Below are positions 19,881-28,551 of a stretch of 64,000 nt of DNA, in pieces. Position 1 is the first letter of the stretch; every line of letters starts with the position of its first letter. The DNA lies in NCBI GenBank assembly GCA_015258265.1, contig JABZIP010000005.1, positions 11,521 through 75,520 on the forward strand. The letters run 5' to 3'. This DNA is from Clostridiales bacterium (lineage in GTDB: Bacteria > Bacillota > Clostridia > Peptostreptococcales > Anaerovoracaceae). Below the pieces are notes generated by a model. It ran no database searches and had not been told where the DNA came from. It saw only the letters and a list, made by a program, of their open reading frames with translations. Position numbers and translations under genes: made by a program.

Positions 19881-22094
19881 TTAAGGTTTAGAAATCCATA
19901 AATCATTTTTTTCACCCAATAATTTTCTGAGTTCACCATTACCATTTAGCATGTCATCAAAGTTTTCTATATTAATACTAATAACTATATTAGTTCCTCC
20001 TATAACTCTAACCCTTTTTATCTTTAAATCTGTATGACTTATTGCTTGCCCAGACTTATTATAAAACTGAATGTTATCGGCATTTATGCCACTTAAACTT
20101 GAACCCAAAGTTTGAAAATCTTCTTGTTTAAGTTGATATCTGGCTTTATTTTTTACTAATGTAATTTTTACTTTTTTCCCATCCTTAGAAATTTCCAAAT
20201 AATCAGGTACATTATTAGCATTCGACACATCAGCTGCCTCTATCGTTATTTTGTGTTCATAAAATACACTGTCATCTTCTTTATATGCGATTTTTAAGCT
20301 TATCTGTTTGCCTGCATCATTCGGATCATCTGTTATAACATCTCCTATATTCAAAGGTGAACCATTTTTCGTTATAGTCAAATAATTTGTGTAATTTAAC
20401 TTGTTCACATTTTCGCTATATTTATCCTCATTTTCAGCAATCAATTTTACAGCAAAATCATCACCAATTTCAAATTTATCGCCTACCTTAACTTTGTTTT
20501 TTATTCCGGTAATATATTCAATGCCTATAATTTTCCTCTGCTCTTCCTCCGTAACATTCGTAAAATCTTTTTTATAATCGATACGATATGTTTCAAATTC
20601 AAACATTTTTTCTGCATTTAAATTGTGTGTGTTTTCTTGCAACAAGGTGTCTTTCTCCGATTGTGCAACATCTATATATAGACTTCCGCTTTTTTTATGC
20701 GCATCACCTCTATAATGCTTATCGCCTACCTCTTTCAGCGTTACCCTGCTACCGTCGCTCTTGATAAGCTCGATATCCTGCAATTCTTTGTGCGCTAAAT
20801 CAATTCCCACCTCGTATCGGAACTCCGAATTTTTTCCGTGGCTCACAACTATGTCTTGATAAGTAATTTCTTGCGGTGATTTTTTATCCTTCAAAACAAG
20901 CCTTATTTTCTCAATTTGCACATATATCGGTTTTACCGAAAATTGCACTTCTTTCAAAAGCTCCATGCCGGATTCTTTGTGTTTCCAATGTATTTTATAA
21001 TTTGCACGATAATTTGTATTGTCAGTTCTATTTATCGGTTTTGTAATATCTATTTTTTCGCCGTTTTTGTCGGTTACGAATACTTCAATCCCCTCGCTGT
21101 CAAAGTCCTTGGCTTGTATCTCGCGCCCTAATTTCAGTACCGAGTTGCGATTTGATTTTGTAACGGGATTTGGTAGAGAAGTGTGCACCGGAATCAATCT
21201 GATACTTGCCGGCAAAAGCTCAATTTTCTCACCGAAATATTGCGGAACGCTCTCATACGCATGATCTGCCAAGAATTTTTCTTTTTCCTTTTCATCCGAT
21301 AATGCAGCCAGCGCTTTCTTTTGCTCCGCAGTAAGCTCATGCTTTTCAAATTTACCCGGTGCATTTATCAACCAAAAGCCCTTGTATTTTTGCTGTTTTC
21401 CACTTTTCGCATCATTGAGCGCATTTTTGAAGCCTTTTCTAAAACCTTCCGCACTTTTTGTCGAACCGCTAACAGCATCAACAATAGCACCAACACCCTT
21501 TTTCTCATTAAATTGCTCATAAATTTTCTTTAATGGTGTTTTCTTTACATAATCTACTACTCTTTCCGAACCGCCTGTATATTTCCAATCATCATCATCG
21601 TCCACGAAAAACTCAAGCGCCGCGTCTACAACGGTCCCCCTTGCTATGGATATTTTCGCTATATTCTTTTTAGGGAAATCGAATCCTTTATCTCCATTTT
21701 TGCTTTGTCTTTCCGCACTCGAAAATCCATACCCCTCACCGTAATATGTGCCATCTTTAAAAGTCGAATCTATTTCCGATTCTTGCGGTGCATGATACTC
21801 TCCCAGTTTTAAATTCATAGCCTTTAATTGAGAGCCTGTTTTAACCTCAATTTCGTATTTAATTGAAGGTTCGAATATATACTCCCCGTTTTCATTTTTA
21901 GCTGCAAAATTTATTTTGCTCGAATCTGTATTTATTATTCGTTTTGCTATTTCACCTCTATATACAGCTTCTTTTCCTGTATCAACCGGCTTGGCTTTTA
22001 TTTTTACCTCTTCTACACTGCTCACAAGCATTTTTAGAAGTCCGGAATTTTGATCGCCTGCAACCGCCAAATCTCCCTTTTGGTTCATAGTCAA
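19881..22094 (-). CDS. SLH/FMN-binding surface protein paralog 1, C-terminal segment after frameshift
   Basis: 737 aa. The +1 frame continues the interrupted FMN_bind domain (SNGLVRAVENAVIAGN), then a third FMN_bind (VSGSTKSAEGF) and Ig-like repeats. TTG/ATG start overlaps the upstream stop. Confidence 0.6.
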   Translation of the reverse strand: MTMNQKGDLAVAGDQNSGLLKMLVSSVEEVKIKAKPVDTGKEAVYRGEIAKRIINTDSSKINFAAKNENGEYIFEPSIKYEIEVKTGSQLKAMNLKLGEYHAPQESEIDSTFKDGTYYGEGYGFSSAERQSKNGDKGFDFPKKNIAKISIARGTVVDAALEFFVDDDDDWKYTGGSERVVDYVKKTPLKKIYEQFNEKKGVGAIVDAVSGSTKSAEGFRKGFKNALNDAKSGKQQKYKGFWLINAPGKFEKHELTAEQKKALAALSDEKEKEKFLADHAYESVPQYFGEKIELLPASIRLIPVHTSLPNPVTKSNRNSVLKLGREIQAKDFDSEGIEVFVTDKNGEKIDITKPINRTDNTNYRANYKIHWKHKESGMELLKEVQFSVKPIYVQIEKIRLVLKDKKSPQEITYQDIVVSHGKNSEFRYEVGIDLAHKELQDIELIKSDGSRVTLKEVGDKHYRGDAHKKSGSLYIDVAQSEKDTLLQENTHNLNAEKMFEFETYRIDYKKDFTNVTEEEQRKIIGIEYITGIKNKVKVGDKFEIGDDFAVKLIAENEDKYSENVNKLNYTNYLTITKNGSPLNIGDVITDDPNDAGKQISLKIAYKEDDSVFYEHKITIEAADVSNANNVPDYLEISKDGKKVKITLVKNKARYQLKQEDFQTLGSSLSGINADNIQFYNKSGQAISHTDLKIKRVRVIGGTNIVISINIENFDDMLNGNGELRKLLGEKNDLWISKP

Positions 22095-23380
22095 AGATGA
22101 TTCGTCGATATTACCTGCGATAACCGCATTCTCAACAGCTCTAACCAGTCCGTTGCTCCTGATACCGCAGATATTTTCTCTGTCGATGTTATATCTGCAA
22201 ATTGTTTCAATATGGAGCTTTTCACACTCGCCAAATAGCTTACATCCTCGCTATTTTCCTCTATAACAACATTTTTTATCACATTGTCTTTTACGGTTAC
22301 CTTTACATTCATCTGCCCCCTATATCCTTGCGCAGAACCTGAATACTCCTTATCCGACAATTTTTTCAGATATCTTGAAAGGTCAATACCGCTATAAAGC
22401 GCTGTCGAATGTTTTCTATTGGCGCCTGTACTTCCTACCGTTCCGATGCTCCCCTCTCCTTTTTGCTGTGATATGCAATCCTTTACAGCGTCCTTGATTG
22501 CATTGCACGAAAGAGTTGCTCCGGAAATATTGTCTATTCCTTCCACGCTTTGTTTTTCAATAATTTGTGCTATAATAGCTTTTGCTCTGCTTAAATACGA
22601 GCCTGTTTCATTGTCGGAAATTATCTTAATATCAACTATTTTCCCTTTATCAAAAAGCACCTTCAGCTTCATCGTACCGCCGTAGCCGGCTCCCGTGCCT
22701 TCAAATGCCTGCTCGTTGATATTTTTGAGTACCTCTGCCATTTTTCTTTCGCTCTTTGAAAGAATCAGAACCGCTTGTGCCCTACTTATGCCTTTCTTCG
22801 GATTCAATCTGTTAAATTCTCCGCTAATTACACCTGCTGCTACCAGTACCGATATAGCTTCCCTCGCATAATCCGATATAGCTCCCGCATCGGAAAATTT
22901 CGATATATCCGCGACTTTTTGTCCTTCTTTACCCTTTGGATAAGTGAGCCTATAAAGCATTACGAAAGCCTGTTCTCTGGTAATTGCAACTTCCGGCGAC
23001 ATAGTGTTCGCACCTGTCCCCTTCATGTACCCCGCCTGTAACGCCTTCGCCATGTCGGATCTGTACCATGCATTGCTACTTACATCCGTAAAATCGGATA
23101 TCTTGCTGCTTTCTTCAGAAAATTGCATGATTCTGTTGATTACCGCAGCATATTCAGCTCTGCTCATATTTTTATCAGGGAATACCCTCCCGCTTTCATC
23201 TCCTTTTAGATAGCCTTTTTTGTTAAAATCTTTAAGCGTATTTACCATCCAGTGTCCATCTATGTCCGACGGCATTATACCTTTGGCTTCCTCTGCATTT
23301 GCAGCTGTAAAAAATCCGGTCATTGATACAAATCCGAATACAAATGCAAAAGTCAAAATGGAAAGTCGTCTAATATTCAA
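22091..23380 (-). CDS. SLH/FMN-binding surface protein paralog 1, N-terminal segment (signal peptide, 3 SLH, FMN_bind 1, truncated FMN_bind 2)
   Basis: 429 aa. First approximately 220 aa are identical to the 24853..28551 protein. Ends ISAVSGAT followed by out-of-frame residues. Confidence 0.65.
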   Translation of the reverse strand: MNIRRLSILTFAFVFGFVSMTGFFTAANAEEAKGIMPSDIDGHWMVNTLKDFNKKGYLKGDESGRVFPDKNMSRAEYAAVINRIMQFSEESSKISDFTDVSSNAWYRSDMAKALQAGYMKGTGANTMSPEVAITREQAFVMLYRLTYPKGKEGQKVADISKFSDAGAISDYAREAISVLVAAGVISGEFNRLNPKKGISRAQAVLILSKSERKMAEVLKNINEQAFEGTGAGYGGTMKLKVLFDKGKIVDIKIISDNETGSYLSRAKAIIAQIIEKQSVEGIDNISGATLSCNAIKDAVKDCISQQKGEGSIGTVGSTGANRKHSTALYSGIDLSRYLKKLSDKEYSGSAQGYRGQMNVKVTVKDNVIKNVVIEENSEDVSYLASVKSSILKQFADITSTEKISAVSGATDWLELLRMRLSQVISTNHL

Positions 23381-23508
23381 TTTTGTTCCTCCTCAATATT
23401 TCATGTATTTTAGTTGTACTTTGTTAGCATATGCTAACTATACGAAGGGAATTATATCATTAGCCATAGGCAACTGTCAATATTTTGAACACAAAAAAAC
23501 ATTTGTGT

Positions 23509-23562
23509 CCAAATGAATTTATACATGTGTAAAAAAACAGGCTTGAATAAAATTCAAACCTG
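23509..23562. repeat. 54-bp direct repeat copy A, containing a bidirectional rho-independent terminator (A7-stem-T7)
   Basis: CCAAATGAATTTATACATGTGTAAAAAAACAGGCTTGAATAAAATTCAAACCTG; copy B at 24754-24806 has 3 differences. Confidence 0.8.
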
Positions 23563-23582
23563 TTTTTTTAATGCGTTTACGC

Positions 23583-24650
23583 TCACTCCAGCTCGCGCCT
23601 GGTTCTACGCATAAACTCAACTAATTGCTCTTTGGTCGGTAAATGGAGCATATATGTCGATACAAACAACTGATTATCCATACCTGATAAAGCATACTCG
23701 ACCATCTCAGTTCCCTTATCTGTACAAAGCAGAATACCTATCGGCAAATTGTCGCCTTCTACCATTTCATTCTTTTTATAGTACGCCACATAGGAATTCA
23801 ATTGCCCAAGATCCTCATGCTTGAATTCATCGTTCTTCAGTTCAATGATGACATTACAATGAAGCAACTTGTTATAGAAAACCATATCTATGAAATAATA
23901 CTTATCGTCTATTACAATTCTCTTTTGTCTGGCTTCAAAGCAGAAACCTTCACCTAGTTCAAGTATGAACTCTTGCAGATGATCTATTAAAGCCTGTTCC
24001 AGAACTGATTCAGATACCGCATCACCCGGATTCAGTCCAAGGAATTCAAATGTAAACGGATCTTTTATTGATAATGCTGTGCTTCTGGCATTATCCTCTG
24101 ACAGCTTCATCAACAACTCTGGCTTCTTACTGATTCCAGCTCGCACGAATAAATTCGTCTTAATCTGTCTGCGCAGTTCTCTAACGCTCCAATTACATTT
24201 AATCGCCTCTGCTTCATAGAAGTATCTTTCCATCGGGTCATCAAGAATCATAATTTCCCTTATGTGTGAAAACGAAAGATTGTCAACCAGCAATTCCGGT
24301 TCCATAATAAATTCGTGCGACAATGTCGCACTTTTTTGAAAATCAAGCAACCCCAATTGGTGCGACACTGTCGCACCAATCTGCGGATACATAACATAAA
24401 ACTGTCTGCACCACTTGAATAGCGTAGAATTTAATCCCTTTTGATCGATCTGCCTCTCCAGATTGTTTAAAAGATTAGTTCCATACTCTGCTCGATCACT
24501 ACCACCTTGCTCATACTCAACTATATAGTAGCCAATAGCCCAGTTCCTAAGTGTCATCAGTTTGTTAACGGCATGCTTTGCCACGTTGCCCGCCTCGTCA
24601 TTGAGCTTTTTTATGCTGTCTGCAAGCGTCATGAATTTGATATCCGACAT
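23583..24650 (-). CDS. yhcG: YhcG/DUF1016 family PD-(D/E)XK nuclease
   Basis: 355 aa. C-terminal IDMVFYNKLLHCNVIIELK...GQLNSYVAYY matches the YhcG_C PD-(D/E)XK core (D...ELK); N-terminal YhcG_N-like domain. Confidence 0.75.
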   Translation of the reverse strand: MSDIKFMTLADSIKKLNDEAGNVAKHAVNKLMTLRNWAIGYYIVEYEQGGSDRAEYGTNLLNNLERQIDQKGLNSTLFKWCRQFYVMYPQIGATVSHQLGLLDFQKSATLSHEFIMEPELLVDNLSFSHIREIMILDDPMERYFYEAEAIKCNWSVRELRRQIKTNLFVRAGISKKPELLMKLSEDNARSTALSIKDPFTFEFLGLNPGDAVSESVLEQALIDHLQEFILELGEGFCFEARQKRIVIDDKYYFIDMVFYNKLLHCNVIIELKNDEFKHEDLGQLNSYVAYYKKNEMVEGDNLPIGILLCTDKGTEMVEYALSGMDNQLFVSTYMLHLPTKEQLVEFMRRTRRELE

Positions 24651-24753
24651 AATGATTCCTCTCGTTTCTAATAAGAAATTTCCCTATTTCGTTTATATTT
24701 TGATTATATCTTATTAGCACTCCTGTTACAACTACATTATCTCACGACAATCT

Positions 24754-24806
24754 CCAAATAAATTTGTACATGTGTAAAAAACAGGCTTGAATAAAATTCA
24801 AACCTG
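24754..24806. repeat. 54-bp direct repeat copy B, acting as terminator of the upstream SLH gene
   Basis: CCAAATAAATTTGTACATGTGTAAAAAACAGGCTTGAATAAAATTCAAACCTG; hairpin followed by a T6 run on the minus strand. Confidence 0.8.
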
Positions 24807-24852
24807 CTCTTTAATTTTAGTTTACTGCAATTTGCTTATTGGGATTGCGCTA

Positions 24853-27800
24853 TTAATCTTCGTCATGTCCTTCTTCGCCGCCGTTATTTTCGCCATCCTG
24901 ACTGTCATCATCACCCTCTTGGTCATCACCCTGATCATCGCCGTCATCCTGATTGCCCTGCTCATCCTCGTTATCCTTTTGGTCGTCTTCGTTTGCAGGT
25001 GGATTTGGCTGTTCACCCGGAGTGCCCGGGTTAGCAGGCTCTTGTGGCTTTTCAGGTACAGTTGATTGTTCGCTATCCGACGATTTTTTTACCATAAGAT
25101 ATTCCTTGGACTTAATCTCCAATCTTAAATCTCCATACTCAAATGTTACCTTTAAATTCTTTAAAAATGCATTTAACGGTGTCAATACAGTCTCATTTTC
25201 AGGATCTGTAGATATTCCATAATCATCAAAGAATTCAGGAGTTACATCTTTTACCTTTCCATCACTACTTTTCAATGTAACAATCATGCCCGCAACATCA
25301 AATTTTTCTCCAATAAAGTACTGCATTTTGGGTAGTTTTTTGATTTCTATAGAAGTTGTTTTCTCAATATCATAATCATCTTGAGGCTCTTGCGACTCTT
25401 CTTTTTCTACATCAAAAGTGATTTTGTAGAAAAAGTTTACATTAAGGTCTTTTTCGTGATCCTTCTCATCCATAGAAAATTTTAATTCTTTGTTTTCATC
25501 ATTTTTATCTATTTTCAATTCATCTTTTGCGATGATATACTTAGAATCCGAATTCGCTGAATCTGTAGGATTTTTTCTAACAATTCTTAACTTAAGATTT
25601 TTTCCTACAAAATTATCGTTCCATTTAGCTCTGCTAATAGCTACTTTTTGATGAACATTTATGTTATTTTCATCGTACGGTGCACCCGGAGTTGGCTTTG
25701 CCTTTTCAGGATTATCTACGTCTTTCCAATCCTCATTTCCAATTTTATATTGCATCCCCACAGTCCAATTTTCATTATATTCATCATTGACTACTATCGA
25801 AAATACATCTTCCCTAAGTGAAGGTCCATGCTCTATCAATATAGGTACTGCATATGTAGGAAAATCTTTGAGCTTCATACCATCAGTTATAAGCGTTCCG
25901 TTTTTCGTTTTCATGGTTATGCCATTTCCTGCAAATTGGTCAATCCCGATTTCACTTATAGTGCCGTTTTTGTTTATAAGTTTTACTTTTAGTTTGCTCA
26001 AGTTTAAAGGTAATATCCTATTTGTGAAAACTTTTTTGTCCAAAATTCCTGTAACTTCAATCTCATTAATTTCATTATTGGTTTCATTATCATGAGCTGA
26101 AAGTTCAAGCGCATTACCAACAGAATTTGCAATACCGCCTGCCGTCAATGTCGCTCCCGAAACGCTGTCAAACAGATCGTCTTTATCATACTCTCCTGCA
26201 AGATATGTCTTTACCGCTTTTGAAATTTCTCGAACCACATCAGTTGAAGAAGCCGAGTTTGAAATTTCTTGAACTATTTTTGCACAATTTTTACCTAAAA
26301 GTTCTGTAGCTTTTGCATTTCTTTCAGAATTGATCTTAATATTTTCAATTTCACCGGTATATTTATAACAACACCTAACGACAGCAATATTTTTGCGAGC
26401 ATTTTCACCGGAAATAAAATTTAATAATCCTTCTGCTTTTTCTATATAGCCCGGATCTTCACTTATTAAGCTATCGCCCGGAAGTATCTCAATGCTCTTA
26501 ACCACTCCATTTGTAATTTTTACCTTTGTCTTTACCGTTGCTGTATCATTAAAACCTTTACCAACTCCTATAAATATGCCATCCTTAAGTTTTCTATCCA
26601 CAGTCAGTTCTTTTATAAGTTTGTCCGATGCAGTTTTAGCCGCCTTTTCACTTGCCTCAAGTGTTGATGCAGCATCATTTGAGCCGTTTTTAACTACATT
26701 AGGAGATTGTAAAACAAGTTTAAATCCATCACTTTTATATTCTTTTTGTTCTTTGTTAAATTCACTTACCGATTTAGGCAATCTTAAATTTTCAACCTTA
26801 CTTGTTGAAGTAATGGTTACATTTCCATTCTTTGCCTTTGCACGCAACGTTTTTACATTGGCAGCTATGGTAACTTCCTTATCTCCGGTTTCTAAATCTT
26901 TTGCTAATTCTATTTGCTTTATTTTAGCATTTTCAAGCGTTTTGATAATTGCGGGTGTTTTAACAAGTACATTTTCCAGCTTCGTCGAACTGTCTACTAC
27001 AAGTCTTGGTCTTTTGCCATTATTCTTAGCTATTATAACATCTCCCTCGACTTTCGTATTTTTCAAATATATACCATGCGATCCTCCACCATTTATTATC
27101 AGTTTCCCGCTTATTGTAACATTCTCCAATATTACATCGCCATCGGCAACTTTTTCTGATACTGTAATATCCTTTTCTATTGTCACATTTTTTACTGCAA
27201 CTTTATTACCTACTAAGTTGGCCGATATGATTTTTTTCCCATTTCCATCATACTGCCCGCTTATTGATTTTTTACCACCGGCGTTTTCAAGAGCATTTAC
27301 AACCGCATTAATAAGTCCTATGCTGCTTTTTGTTGCTCCGGATACCGTATCCACTTTAGTTGATTGTGTATTTATTATTTTTTGTATAATACCTTTTGCG
27401 CCTTCATCTCTTAAATAGCCTGCATCATCATGGTTCGCATATTCAATTTTGCTTATCTTTCCATCCTGCACAGTAACTTTCACACTCATAGAGTTTCTAC
27501 GGTATCCATCTGCCCTTCCCTCATACGTTCCATTATTCAGCTCTGCAAAATCAACTTCCTGTTTAGCTACAGCCACGCCACCACCTTTACTGCTTCCTGT
27601 GCTTCCGACAGTACCTATGCTGCCCTCCCCTTTTTGCTGAGATATGCAATCCTTGACAGCATCTTTTATTGCATTACAAGAAAGAGTTGCACCTGAAACA
27701 TTGTCTATGCCCTCTACGCTTTGTTTTGCGATTATCTGCGCTATGATTTTCTTTGCCCTTTCAAGATACGAGCCTGTTTCATTATCGGAAACTATCTTAA

Positions 27801-28551
27801 TATCAACTATTTTCCCTTTATCGAAAAGCACCTTCAGCTTCATCGTGCCGCCGTAGCCGGCTCCCGTGCCTTCAAATTCCTGCTCATTGATATTTTTGAG
27901 TACCTCTGCCATTTTTCTTTCGCTCTTTGAAAGAATCAGAACCGCTTGTGCCCTACTTATGCCTTTCTTCGGATTCAATCTGTTAAATTCTCCGCTAATT
28001 ACACCTGCTGCTACCAGTACCGATATAGCTTCCCTCGCATAATCCGATATAGCTCCCGCATCGGAAAATTTCGATATATCCGCGACTTTTTGTCCTTCTT
28101 TACCCTTTGGATAAGTGAGCCTATAAAGCATTACGAAAGCCTGTTCTCTGGTAATTGCAACTTCCGGCGACATAGTGTTCGCACCTGTCCCCTTCATGTA
28201 CCCCGCCTGTAACGCCTTCGCCATGTCGGATCTGTACCATGCATTGCTACTTACATCCGTAAAATCGGATATCTTGCTGCTTTCTTCAGAAAATTGCATG
28301 ATTCTGTTGATTACCGCAGCATATTCAGCTCTGCTCATATTTTTATCAGGGAATACCCTCCCGCTTTCATCTCCTTTTAGATAGCCTTTTTTGTTAAAAT
28401 CTTTAAGCGTATTTACCATCCAGTGTCCATCTATGTCCGACGGCATTATACCTTTGGCTTCCTCTGCATTTGCAGCTGTAAAAAATCCGGTCATTGATAC
28501 AAATCCGAATACAAATGCAAAAGTCAAAATGGAAAGTCGTCTAATATTCAA
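24853..28551 (-). CDS. giant SLH-anchored multi-FMN-binding surface protein (paralog 2)
   Basis: 1232 aa. Signal peptide, 3 SLH repeats, FMN_bind x2 (VSGATLSCN, VSGATKSS), a right-handed beta-helix-like repeat region, FMN_bind 3 (VSGATLTAGG), Ig-like repeats, and a 50-aa acidic D/E/Q/G C-terminal tail. Confidence 0.8.
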   Translation of the reverse strand: MNIRRLSILTFAFVFGFVSMTGFFTAANAEEAKGIMPSDIDGHWMVNTLKDFNKKGYLKGDESGRVFPDKNMSRAEYAAVINRIMQFSEESSKISDFTDVSSNAWYRSDMAKALQAGYMKGTGANTMSPEVAITREQAFVMLYRLTYPKGKEGQKVADISKFSDAGAISDYAREAISVLVAAGVISGEFNRLNPKKGISRAQAVLILSKSERKMAEVLKNINEQEFEGTGAGYGGTMKLKVLFDKGKIVDIKIVSDNETGSYLERAKKIIAQIIAKQSVEGIDNVSGATLSCNAIKDAVKDCISQQKGEGSIGTVGSTGSSKGGGVAVAKQEVDFAELNNGTYEGRADGYRRNSMSVKVTVQDGKISKIEYANHDDAGYLRDEGAKGIIQKIINTQSTKVDTVSGATKSSIGLINAVVNALENAGGKKSISGQYDGNGKKIISANLVGNKVAVKNVTIEKDITVSEKVADGDVILENVTISGKLIINGGGSHGIYLKNTKVEGDVIIAKNNGKRPRLVVDSSTKLENVLVKTPAIIKTLENAKIKQIELAKDLETGDKEVTIAANVKTLRAKAKNGNVTITSTSKVENLRLPKSVSEFNKEQKEYKSDGFKLVLQSPNVVKNGSNDAASTLEASEKAAKTASDKLIKELTVDRKLKDGIFIGVGKGFNDTATVKTKVKITNGVVKSIEILPGDSLISEDPGYIEKAEGLLNFISGENARKNIAVVRCCYKYTGEIENIKINSERNAKATELLGKNCAKIVQEISNSASSTDVVREISKAVKTYLAGEYDKDDLFDSVSGATLTAGGIANSVGNALELSAHDNETNNEINEIEVTGILDKKVFTNRILPLNLSKLKVKLINKNGTISEIGIDQFAGNGITMKTKNGTLITDGMKLKDFPTYAVPILIEHGPSLREDVFSIVVNDEYNENWTVGMQYKIGNEDWKDVDNPEKAKPTPGAPYDENNINVHQKVAISRAKWNDNFVGKNLKLRIVRKNPTDSANSDSKYIIAKDELKIDKNDENKELKFSMDEKDHEKDLNVNFFYKITFDVEKEESQEPQDDYDIEKTTSIEIKKLPKMQYFIGEKFDVAGMIVTLKSSDGKVKDVTPEFFDDYGISTDPENETVLTPLNAFLKNLKVTFEYGDLRLEIKSKEYLMVKKSSDSEQSTVPEKPQEPANPGTPGEQPNPPANEDDQKDNEDEQGNQDDGDDQGDDQEGDDDSQDGENNGGEEGHDED

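Noticed and set aside
22775-23213. Plus-strand ORFs of 88 and 69 aa, duplicated identically at 27946-28384
   Set aside because: They lie antisense to the duplicated SLH-module coding sequence. Their duplication simply reflects the duplicated minus-strand gene.
23509-24806. Two 54-bp repeats considered as a CRISPR or REP array
   Set aside because: There are only two copies, 1.2 kb apart, each forming a classic intrinsic terminator and flanking a protein-coding gene. They are not a repeat-spacer array.
24787-25065. 92-aa highly hydrophobic plus-strand ORF (LLIGIALLIFVMSFFAAVIFAIL...)
   Set aside because: It is the antisense reading of the GAT/GAC/GAA-rich acidic tail of the minus-strand SLH gene, and has no RBS. 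It is a shadow-ORF artefact.
26492-27418. 308-aa plus-strand ORF inside the giant SLH gene
   Set aside because: It is Ser/Thr/Leu/Phe-rich low-complexity translation of the antisense strand of a Lys/Glu/Asn-rich gene. It has no start context or recognisable domain.
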